From Alphaproteobacteria bacterium (GTDB lineage Bacteria; Pseudomonadota; Alphaproteobacteria; Zavarziniales; Zavarziniaceae): a stretch of 28,574 bases of DNA. Under the pieces are notes generated by a model. The model worked only from the letters and a program-made list of their open reading frames with translations, was not told where the DNA came from and did not search any database. Made by a program: the position numbers and the translations under genes. The stretch's first letter is position 1; each line of letters begins with the position of its first letter. Below are positions 1 through 7,489 of this stretch, piece after piece. The stretch spans positions 1 through 28,574 of the forward strand of contig JAJFJE010000154.1 of NCBI GenBank assembly GCA_021774355.1, written 5' to 3'.

Positions 1-1
1 C

Positions 2-355
2 AGCCTGCCGGCCGAGTTCGCCGCCCTGGTCGCGGGCTGCCGCGCCGCCCATGCCGCGACCGGCCGGGTGGCCTATGGCCCGACCCCGCGGGAGGCCGGC
101 TCGATCGTCTTCCGCCGCTCGCTGTTCGTCACCGCCCCGATCGCCCGGGGCGACAGCTTCAGCCGGGCCAACCTGCGGGTGGTCCGGCCCGGTCACGGCC
201 TGGCGCCGCGGCACCTGCCGGCAATCCTCGGGCGGCGCGCCGCCCGCGCCATTGCGCCGGGCGAGCCCCTGTCCTGGGACCTGATCGATCCCGCCGGGGC
301 GGCCCCGGCCGAGACGGAGGAGATCGATGCGCGTCGTCGCCCTGCTCGCTCGTAG
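2..355 (+). CDS. pseI: Pseudaminic acid synthase PseI (NeuB family), C-terminal part with SAF domain; 5' end outside window
   Basis: Frame from nt 2 reads SLPAEFAAL...YGPTPREAGSIVFRRSLF...VRPGHGLAPRHL..ILGRRAAR.I..GEPLSWDLI, typical of the PseI C-terminus. TAG at 353-355; pseB/pseC nearby. Confidence 0.88.
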   Translation, partial: SLPAEFAALVAGCRAAHAATGRVAYGPTPREAGSIVFRRSLFVTAPIARGDSFSRANLRVVRPGHGLAPRHLPAILGRRAARAIAPGEPLSWDLIDPAGAAPAETEEIDARRRPARS

Positions 356-989
356 GCCCGGCCTGCTGGTCCTGCACGATGCCCTGCTGGCCGATCCCGG
401 GCTGGAGGTCGCTGCGGTCTTCACCCACGGCATGCTGCCCCGGGCCGCCGGCGGCGGCGCCCGCGACGAGGTCGCGGAGTTCGCCGCCCTGTGCCGGCGC
501 CGCGCCGTGCCCCTCCACGTGCTCGACTTCCCCCAGGCCCGGGACATCGGCCCGCGCCTGCCCGGCGGCCCGCTGGACCTGCTGGTCTCCCTGTCCTGGC
601 GTGCCCTGGTGCCGCAGGCCGTGCTCGACCGCTTCGCCCGGGGGACCGTTAACCTCCATCGCGGCGCCCTGCCCGCCTATGGCGGGGCCGAGCCGGTGCG
701 CCGGGCGATCGAGGCCGGCGAGCGCCGGGCGGCGATCACGGCCCATGCCATGACCGCGGAAATCGACGCCGGGGCGATCCTGGCCGAGACCTGGTACGAC
801 CTGCCGCCCTGCCCCCCGGCGGATGCGACGGCGGCCCATGCGGAACGGGTCAAGACCATGATCGAGCCGCTTTATGCGCCGCTCTGCCGGCTGGTCCTGG
901 CCGGGCAACGCCTGACCGGACACCCGGTGGCCGGACACCCACCGGCCGGACAACGCCTGGCCGGGCAGCACCTGACCGGCCAGGCGTGA
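327..989 (+). CDS. Stand-alone formyltransferase (Formyl_trans_N fold), candidate sugar N-formyltransferase
   Basis: Catalytic N-x-H in TVNLHRGALPAYGG and the Asp in TAHAMTAEIDAGAIL. About 190 aa catalytic domain with no Fmt C-terminal domain; start overlaps the pseI 3' end. Confidence 0.8.
   Translation: MRVVALLARRPGLLVLHDALLADPGLEVAAVFTHGMLPRAAGGGARDEVAEFAALCRRRAVPLHVLDFPQARDIGPRLPGGPLDLLVSLSWRALVPQAVLDRFARGTVNLHRGALPAYGGAEPVRRAIEAGERRAAITAHAMTAEIDAGAILAETWYDLPPCPPADATAAHAERVKTMIEPLYAPLCRLVLAGQRLTGHPVAGHPPAGQRLAGQHLTGQA
900..989 (+). repeat. Six degenerate 15-bp tandem repeats encoding pentapeptides at the formyltransferase C-terminus
   Basis: Units: gccgggcaacgcctg / accggacacccggtg / gccggacacccaccg / gccggacaacgcctg / gccgggcagcacctg / accggccaggcgtga = AGQRL TGHPV AGHPP AGQRL AGQHL TGQA*. 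Confidence 0.9.
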
Positions 990-1615
990 TGGCGCCGGCC
1001 CTGCTGCTGGATTTCGACGGCACCCTGTGCGCCAGCCTGGATGCCCTGCGCGCGGCCTATCACGGTTTCCTGGCGGGCCACGGCCGGACCGGCAGCGACC
1101 GCGAATTCGACCGCCTGAACGGCCCGCCCCTGGCAATTATCGCCCGCCTGCTGGCCCGCCGCCACGGCCTGACCGAACCGCCGGAAATTCTGCTGGGCCG
1201 CTACCGGGCCCTGGCCCGCCGGGCCCAGGACGGGGCCCGGCCGGCGGCCGGGGCCGGCCGCCTGCTGGCCGCCGCCCGCGGCCGCTATGCCGTGGCCGTG
1301 GTCACCTCGGCGGACGGGCCGACGGTCGCCGCCTGGCTGGCCCGCCACGCCCTGGCGGTCGATCTGGTGGTCGGGGGCGGCGAGACCACGGCGGGCAAGC
1401 CCGATCCCGCGCCCTATCGCCTGGCCCTGGCACGCCTGGGGGCCGACGCCGCAACCAGCCTGGCGGTCGAAGACAGCGTCCAGGGCGCCCGCTCGGCGCT
1501 CGGCGCCGGGGTCGCGACGGCCTATCTGGGGCGGGTCCTGCCGGCCGGCCTGGCCGGCCACCCCCTGATCCGGGGGCCGGTCGACGGGCTCGACGCCGTT
1601 ATTCCGCTGCTTTGA
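989..1615 (+). CDS. HAD-superfamily phosphatase (subfamily IA)
   Basis: Motifs DFDGT (I), VVTS (II), KPDP (III), VEDS (IV). ATG at 989 overlaps the upstream TGA (GTG at 986 is an alternative start). Confidence 0.85.
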   Translation: MAPALLLDFDGTLCASLDALRAAYHGFLAGHGRTGSDREFDRLNGPPLAIIARLLARRHGLTEPPEILLGRYRALARRAQDGARPAAGAGRLLAAARGRYAVAVVTSADGPTVAAWLARHALAVDLVVGGGETTAGKPDPAPYRLALARLGADAATSLAVEDSVQGARSALGAGVATAYLGRVLPAGLAGHPLIRGPVDGLDAVIPLL

Positions 1616-2762
1616 CCGCTTGGCACAGGGCGCCCAGTTGGGCGATCACAAAGCCCTGCTCGTCGTCGGACAGGCGCGGATAAAGGGGCAGCGACAAGGC
1701 CCCGGCATAATGCCGTTCAGCCACCGGAAACTGCCCGGGCGCAAAGCCCCGGGCCCGCCAGAAGGGCTGCAGGTGGATCGGGATATAGTGGACGTTGACC
1801 CCGATCCCGGCCTGGCGCAGGGCGACCAGGGCCTCGGCCCGGCTGGCCGGCGGCCAATCGACCACATAGAGATGCCAGGCCGAGGCAAGGCCGGCGGGAA
1901 CCCGGGGTAGGCCCAGGCCAAGCCCCGCCAGGGCCCGGTCATAGCGGGCGGCCAGCGCCGTCCGGCGGGCGACAAAGGCGCCCAGCCGGCCGATCTGGGA
2001 CAGGCCCAGGGCCGCCTGGATATCGGTCAGGCGGTAATTGAAGCCCAATGCCTGCTGTTCGTAGAACCACGGACCGTCGCAGGGCAGGGTCATCTCGGCA
2101 GGGTCGCGGGTGATGCCGTGACTGCGCAGCAGGCGCAGGCGCGCCGCCAGCCGGGCATCGTTGGTGGCGACCAGTCCGCCTTCGCCGGCGGTGATAATCT
2201 TGACCGGGTGCAGGCTGAAGACGGTCATGGCCGAGTAGCTGCAGGCGCCGACCGGCGCCGCGCCGTCATGCGCCCCCAGGGCGTGACAGGCGTCCTCGAC
2301 CACCGTGGCGCCGTAGCGCGCGGCGAGCGCCGCAATCTCGGCCATGGCCGCGGGCAGGCCGGCGAAATGGACCGGCACGATCAGGTCGGGCAGGCAACCA
2401 TCCCGTTCCGCCTGCTCCAGCTTGAGCGCCAGGGCGGCCGGCGCCATGGTCCGGGTAACCGGATCGATATCGACGAAATCGACCGTCGCGCCGCAATAAA
2501 GCGCCGCATTGGCTGTGGCGACGAAGCTGTTGGGCACGGTCCAGACCCGCGACCCGGGGCCGATCCCGGCGGCGAGATAAGCGAGATGGAGGGCGGCGGT
2601 GCCGCTGCTGACGGCCACCCCATGGGCTGCGCCCGTGGCAGCCGCGGCCGCTGCCTCGAAGCGCGGACCCACCGGGCCCTGGGTCAGGACGTCGGAGCGC
2701 AGCACCGCCACCACGGCGGCAATATCCGCCTCCGCGATATCCTGACGTCCATAGGGGATCAT
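1599..2762 (-). CDS. pseC: UDP-4-amino-4,6-dideoxy-N-acetyl-beta-L-altrosamine transaminase PseC (DegT/DnrJ family)
   Basis: N-terminus MIPYGRQDI...LTQGP, PLP lysine in FSLHPVKIITAGEGG, WFYEQQALGFNYRLTDIQAALG. ATGA overlap with pseB. Confidence 0.93.
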   Translation of the reverse strand: MIPYGRQDIAEADIAAVVAVLRSDVLTQGPVGPRFEAAAAAATGAAHGVAVSSGTAALHLAYLAAGIGPGSRVWTVPNSFVATANAALYCGATVDFVDIDPVTRTMAPAALALKLEQAERDGCLPDLIVPVHFAGLPAAMAEIAALAARYGATVVEDACHALGAHDGAAPVGACSYSAMTVFSLHPVKIITAGEGGLVATNDARLAARLRLLRSHGITRDPAEMTLPCDGPWFYEQQALGFNYRLTDIQAALGLSQIGRLGAFVARRTALAARYDRALAGLGLGLPRVPAGLASAWHLYVVDWPPASRAEALVALRQAGIGVNVHYIPIHLQPFWRARGFAPGQFPVAERHYAGALSLPLYPRLSDDEQGFVIAQLGALCQAVKAAE

Positions 2763-3841
2763 GCGCAGGCTCTCATGCCCCGGTCGGCAAGGGCCGCGGC
2801 GGCGGTGATCGCCGCCAGTCCATAGGCGGCGAAGCTGTCATTGGCCAGGGCGTGCCGGTTATAGGCCAGGATCTCCGCCTCGCTCAGGAAATAGCCGTTA
2901 TTGTCCGAACGGTAGTCGAAACTGTCCTCGACCGGACGGCCCGTCTCGCCCAGCCGGTTATGGCTGTAGTCGAACTCGCGGCCGTAATATTTGATGGTCG
3001 GCTGGATCACGAAATGGTCGTCGAATTCCAGGGTCAAACGGGAATCGTCGACCGGGCACATCACCTCGTGGAGCTTCTCGCCGGGGCGGATACCCACCCC
3101 CTTGCGCGGCAGGTGGGGCGCCATCGCATGGGCCAGGTCGTCGATGCGCACCGACGGGATCTTGGGCACGAAGATCTCGCCGCCATGCATGCGGGCGAAA
3201 TTGCGCAGCACGAAATCGACCCCCTGCTGCAGGGTGATCCAGAACCGGGTCATGCGCACGTCGGTCACCGGCAGGTGATCGCTGCCTTCACGGATCAGGC
3301 GTTCGAAGAACGGCACCACCGAACCGGCCGAGGCCACCACATTGCCGTAGCGGACCACCGAGAACCGGGTGCCGCCGGCGCCCGACAGGTTGTTGGCCGC
3401 GACGAACAGCTTGTCCGAGGCGAGCTTGGAGGCACCGTAAAGATTGACCGGGTTGGCCGCCTTGTCGGTCGACAGGGCGATGACCTGCTTGACCCCCTCC
3501 TCGATGGCGGCGCGGATCAGGTTTTCCGCCCCGTAGATATTGGTCTTCAGGCATTCGAACGGATTATATTCAGCCAGCGGCACATGCTTCATGGCCGCCG
3601 CGTGGATCACATAATCCACCTTGCGCATGGCCATCTTCAGCCGTTCGTAGTCGCGCACGTCGCCGACGAAGAAGCGCAGGCGCGGATCGGGCCGGTCGAG
3701 GCTCAACTGGTAGTGCTTCTGCTCGTCGCGGGAGAAAACGATGACGCTGTGGCAGTCGTAGCGCTTCAGCAATGTATCGACATAGCGGCGCCCGAACGAG
3801 CCGGTACCGCCGGTGATGAGAAGCCTAGCGCCATCGAACAT
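2759..3841 (-). CDS. pseB: UDP-N-acetylglucosamine 4,6-dehydratase (inverting) PseB
   Basis: TGGTGSFG Rossmann motif, LSTDKA and YGASK catalytic motifs, MTRFWITL, GIRPGEKLHEVM; coupled to pseC. Confidence 0.95.
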   Translation of the reverse strand: MFDGARLLITGGTGSFGRRYVDTLLKRYDCHSVIVFSRDEQKHYQLSLDRPDPRLRFFVGDVRDYERLKMAMRKVDYVIHAAAMKHVPLAEYNPFECLKTNIYGAENLIRAAIEEGVKQVIALSTDKAANPVNLYGASKLASDKLFVAANNLSGAGGTRFSVVRYGNVVASAGSVVPFFERLIREGSDHLPVTDVRMTRFWITLQQGVDFVLRNFARMHGGEIFVPKIPSVRIDDLAHAMAPHLPRKGVGIRPGEKLHEVMCPVDDSRLTLEFDDHFVIQPTIKYYGREFDYSHNRLGETGRPVEDSFDYRSDNNGYFLSEAEILAYNRHALANDSFAAYGLAAITAAAALADRGMRACA

Positions 3842-3899
3842 GGTGGGACCCTTGCTTGATCAGGACCCCATTGGACCCCCTCCATCGTTAACAAATCGG

Positions 3900-5732
3900 T
3901 TATGGCGACAAGGGTTCGGCCGCGACCTGTGGCAGAGCGCGCAGGTGATGGCGTAATAACGCGCCCAGCCGGTCCCGCCCGAACCCCCGGCGATGAACCT
4001 GCTGCAGGAACATCACGTCGAGATTAGTATTGCCTTCGAGCAGCAGCGCCCCCCGGTCGGTCACCGCAATGTCCCAGCCGACCAGCAGGCGATGGGCGAA
4101 GGCGGCGTGGGCGGCCAGCGCCAGCGCCTTGACCTCGGGCCATTGGTCGAGCCGGCCGCCGGCCACCGGCCGGCCGGTCACCGGGTGCCGGCTGAACCGT
4201 TCGGCGCAGCGCGCCAGGCGGTCGCTGGCAACCATCCCGAGGCGGCCATCGGCCAGGTCGATCGGCGTGCCGAATTCGTCGTTGCACGGCCATTCCGGCT
4301 CGAGCTTCGACAGCACCCGCAGCATTGCATGGGTGACCTCCGGCACGCCCTCGGGGTCGAGGCAGGTGACCACCCGGATCGTGACCAGAGAGGCGTCGGC
4401 AAAGCCGGCCAGGTCGGCATGATTGCGCAGACAGGGCTGGACCAGGACCGGCACGGCGGCGGCCCGCAGCCGCTCGACAAGCTGGTCGAGCGACAGCTCC
4501 CGGCCCGCATTGTCCTGGTAGCGTTCCGGGGCGACCCGGCGAAACCGCGCGGCGCCCCGCGCCCCCAGGCCGCGCCGCGGCTTGCAGAACAGGTCCTGGT
4601 CGAGGGTGGCGCGCGGCACCCGGCGCAGCACCGCGCCGGCCCCGGCCACCATCAGCACCGGCGCGGCGGCCAGGCCGTGCTGCTCGCAGCATTCGGCGAA
4701 GAGCAGCTTGTCGTTCATCTCGTGGCCCGCAAAGGGCTGCGGCCGGGCAGTGTTCAGGGCATAGAGCAGGCCGTTCTTGGTCTCGTAGCGGGTCAGGTAA
4801 TGGACCGCCTCGGCCCGCCGCTGGGGGAGATAGAGCTCGTGGGCGTAATAGCTGGGCGGGTCGACGCCGTCGTTGAATCCCAGCACCATCAGGTCGGCCA
4901 CTTGTCCGAACCGCGACCGGCCGCCGGCACGGCGGGCAATGCCGCCCAGCCGTGCCGCCAGGCCCAGGCAGACCACGACCAGCAGCAATTCCTTCAGCAC
5001 CGGGTAGAAGGCGGCGCGTACCGGCGGATATTTGGCGCTGCGGAACAGCCCGGCCGTGCGAAACAGCCGCCTGGCCTCGCTGCCGACAGCCAGGCCGCCA
5101 AAGCGGGGAAACGCCTGGGTTCCGGCGGCCACCGGGACCAGGGTGGCCGCCCGCAGCACCAGGGCCGCGACATAGGCCTCGATACACAGCAATTCCATCA
5201 TCTCGGTCAGCGCGGAAAAGCGCTCGGCAGAGACGGGCCAGTCCGCGGGCAGCAGGCCTTCGGCCACGTCCAGGGCCATCGACGCCAATTGCAGCGCCAG
5301 CCCGGCCGTCCAGCACCGGGACGCCCAGGGTCGACGGCGGTGGCCGCCGAGGGCGCCACGGAGCAGCAAGGCGACCGTCAGCCACAGGGGCAGATTGAGG
5401 ATCAGATCGACGTCCGGCAGGTCGTCGATGCCGTCGAACCAGTCGGTTGCCTGGATCAGGGTCAGCGCAACCATGGCAAAACTCGCCATCCACCAGCGCC
5501 GGCGGTCGTCGCTGCCCAGCGCCGCGGTGACGGCGTGGGCAAGGCTCCAGGCCAGGCCCGCAAGGACCGCCGCGGCGGAACCCAGCTCGACCGGCGAATC
5601 GATTCGCCAGGCGGGAATGGGGGTGGCGAACTGCACTAATCCGGTCGCCAGGCCATAGGCGGCGGCGATCACCAGGACCATCCCGGCACTGCCCGGCGGG
5701 AATTTCGGCCAACGGCCGATAGAATGAGTCAT
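3900..5732 (-). CDS. Membrane domain fused to a sugar-transfer-associated ATP-grasp domain (ATPgrasp_ST-like)
   Basis: First ~190 aa contain several hydrophobic helices. C-terminal ~300 aa carry ATP-grasp motifs NDKLLF, DLFCKPRRGLGARG, VLVQPCLRNH, TIRVVT, GWDIAVT..GALLLEGN. GGAG RBS upstream. Confidence 0.75.
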   Translation of the reverse strand: MTHSIGRWPKFPPGSAGMVLVIAAAYGLATGLVQFATPIPAWRIDSPVELGSAAAVLAGLAWSLAHAVTAALGSDDRRRWWMASFAMVALTLIQATDWFDGIDDLPDVDLILNLPLWLTVALLLRGALGGHRRRPWASRCWTAGLALQLASMALDVAEGLLPADWPVSAERFSALTEMMELLCIEAYVAALVLRAATLVPVAAGTQAFPRFGGLAVGSEARRLFRTAGLFRSAKYPPVRAAFYPVLKELLLVVVCLGLAARLGGIARRAGGRSRFGQVADLMVLGFNDGVDPPSYYAHELYLPQRRAEAVHYLTRYETKNGLLYALNTARPQPFAGHEMNDKLLFAECCEQHGLAAAPVLMVAGAGAVLRRVPRATLDQDLFCKPRRGLGARGAARFRRVAPERYQDNAGRELSLDQLVERLRAAAVPVLVQPCLRNHADLAGFADASLVTIRVVTCLDPEGVPEVTHAMLRVLSKLEPEWPCNDEFGTPIDLADGRLGMVASDRLARCAERFSRHPVTGRPVAGGRLDQWPEVKALALAAHAAFAHRLLVGWDIAVTDRGALLLEGNTNLDVMFLQQVHRRGFGRDRLGALLRHHLRALPQVAAEPLSP

Positions 5733-5790
5733 GGCAAGCTCCCGGCCGCCGCGAAGATCAGGCGCCGTGGCGCAGTGTCACGCAGAGCGG

Positions 5791-5808
5791 CTGACAGCAG
5801 GCTGACAG
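5791..5808 (-). promoter_or_regulatory. Pho-box-like 11-bp-period direct repeat (OmpR/PhoB-family site) upstream of the ATP-grasp gene
   Basis: Minus strand CTGTCAG-CCTG-CTGTCAG (TGTCA-N6-TGTCA); a -10-like GACACT lies 11 nt downstream (5779-5774). Confidence 0.5.
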
Positions 5809-5918
5809 CAGCGCGCCGGGCGCATGGACCCGGCCGCCCAAACGGGGTTCCCGCAGCGGCGCGATCCTCGCCATAATCGAGCCCCACAGCGCCGCCGGCG
5901 CGTCGAGACGAGGCAGGA

Positions 5919-6434
5919 ATGGCAGAAACCGCAACGGCGCAGGATCACGGGCCCCTGGACCCGCGCGTCTTCCGCGATGTCGCCGGGCGCTTCGCCACGG
6001 GCATCGCCGTGGTGACAATGGTAACCGAGGCGGGCGCCAAGCTCGGCGTCACGGTCAATTCCTTCAACACCGTATCCCTCGATCCGCCGCTCGTTCTGTT
6101 TTCCCTGCGCAACGAGGCCAGCTGCTACGAGGCCTTCACCACGGCCGGCGCCTATGCCGTGAACATCCTCGCGGCCGACCAGGTCGAGGTCTCCCGCGCC
6201 TTCGCCCGCTTTGCCGGCGACGGCTGGGCAGTGACGCCGCATCAGGTGAGCGCCCGTGGCTGCCCGGTGTTCGACGGCGCCCTGGCGGTCTTCGAATGCG
6301 TGCCCTGGCAGCGTTACGAAGGCGGCGACCATGTCATCATGGTGGGCCGTGTGGTCCGCGCCACCGCACCCCGCAACGGCGAGCCGCTGATGTATTATTG
6401 CGGCGCCTACCATAACGCCATCGTCAAGGCGTGA
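5919..6434 (+). CDS. Flavin reductase family protein (HpaC/RutF-like)
   Basis: FRDVAGRFATGIAVVT, GVTVNSFNTVSLDPPLVLFS, GGDHVIMVGRV. AGGA RBS. Confidence 0.92.
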   Translation: MAETATAQDHGPLDPRVFRDVAGRFATGIAVVTMVTEAGAKLGVTVNSFNTVSLDPPLVLFSLRNEASCYEAFTTAGAYAVNILAADQVEVSRAFARFAGDGWAVTPHQVSARGCPVFDGALAVFECVPWQRYEGGDHVIMVGRVVRATAPRNGEPLMYYCGAYHNAIVKA

Positions 6435-6459
6435 GCGGCGCCCGGGAACGCCGCCGCCG

Positions 6460-7422
6460 TCAGAGCGACAGGGCGGCCGCCTGGGCCAGCGCCGCCCGGT
6501 AGTCGGCGAACAGCCGTGCCGAGAGGTCGGCGACGGTCGGGACATCGGTGATCGAGCCGACCCCCTGGCCGGCCGACCAGACATCCTTCCAGGCCCGCGC
6601 CTCCTTGCCCATGTCGAGCTTTTCCGGGCGCTTCAGCTGGTCGGGGTCGAGCCCTGCAGCGGCAATCGACGGGCGCAGGAAATTGGCGTCCACGCCGCTG
6701 ATGCCGGGGGTATAGACGATGTCCCCGGCATGGGCATCGACGATCATCTGCTTGTAGCCGGGGTCTGACAGGGCTTCCCGGGTGGCGATGAAGCGGGTGC
6801 CCAGATAGGCCAGATCGGCCCCCAGCAGGCGTGCGGCGGCGATCTGGGCGCCGGTCGAGATCGCCCCCGACAGGATGATCGTCTTGTCGAAAAAGCTGCG
6901 CAGTTCGGGGATCAGGGCAAAGGGGCTCAAGGTCCCGGCATGGCCGCCCGCACCGGCGCAGACCGCGATCAGGCCGTCGACCCCGGCGCCGGCGGCCTTG
7001 CGGCCATGGCGGATGTTGATCACGTCGTGGAACACCAGGCCGCCATAGGCGTGGACCGCATCGACCACCTCCTTGACCGCCCCGAGGGAGGTGATGACCA
7101 GGGGCACCTTGCGGGCGACGGTCAGGCGCAGATCGGCCTCCAGCCGGGTATTTGACGGATGGACGATCAGGTTGACGCCGAACGGCGCCGGCCGCGCGCC
7201 CTCCGCGGCAAGGGCGGCGAGGCGGCCTTCGATCTCGTCGAGCCAGGCGCCATAGGCTTCGGTGCTGCGCTGGTTGAGCGCCGGGAAGGTGCCCAGTATG
7301 CCGGCCCGGCAGGCTTCGACCACCAGATCGGGGCCGGACACCAGGAACATCGGCGCGGCGATCGCCGGGAGGGCCAGGCGGCCCTTGAGGGTGGCTGGAA
7401 GCGGCACGGCTGGTTCCCCCAT
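6460..7422 (-). CDS. Nitronate monooxygenase-family flavoprotein (NAD(P)H-dependent flavin oxidoreductase)
   Basis: APMFLVSG, FGVNLIVH, AGAGGHAG, AYLGTRFIAT, WSAGQGVG. Confidence 0.9.
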   Translation of the reverse strand: MGEPAVPLPATLKGRLALPAIAAPMFLVSGPDLVVEACRAGILGTFPALNQRSTEAYGAWLDEIEGRLAALAAEGARPAPFGVNLIVHPSNTRLEADLRLTVARKVPLVITSLGAVKEVVDAVHAYGGLVFHDVINIRHGRKAAGAGVDGLIAVCAGAGGHAGTLSPFALIPELRSFFDKTIILSGAISTGAQIAAARLLGADLAYLGTRFIATREALSDPGYKQMIVDAHAGDIVYTPGISGVDANFLRPSIAAAGLDPDQLKRPEKLDMGKEARAWKDVWSAGQGVGSITDVPTVADLSARLFADYRAALAQAAALSL

Positions 7423-7489
7423 ACAAGACGGTCATTTCGAATAGCCGATCGTGGCGTGAAGGACCAGGAAGCCGTTAGGATCGGCTGCC

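Noticed and set aside
900-989. CRISPR or mobile-element interpretation of the 15-bp repeats
   Set aside because: No spacers, too short, in-frame coding, and no cas genes or transposase.
3887-3903. CtrA-like box upstream of pseB (ATAA-N8-TTAAC on minus strand)
   Set aside because: Spacing is 8, not 7, and one half is the ATP-grasp stop codon; at best a half-site.
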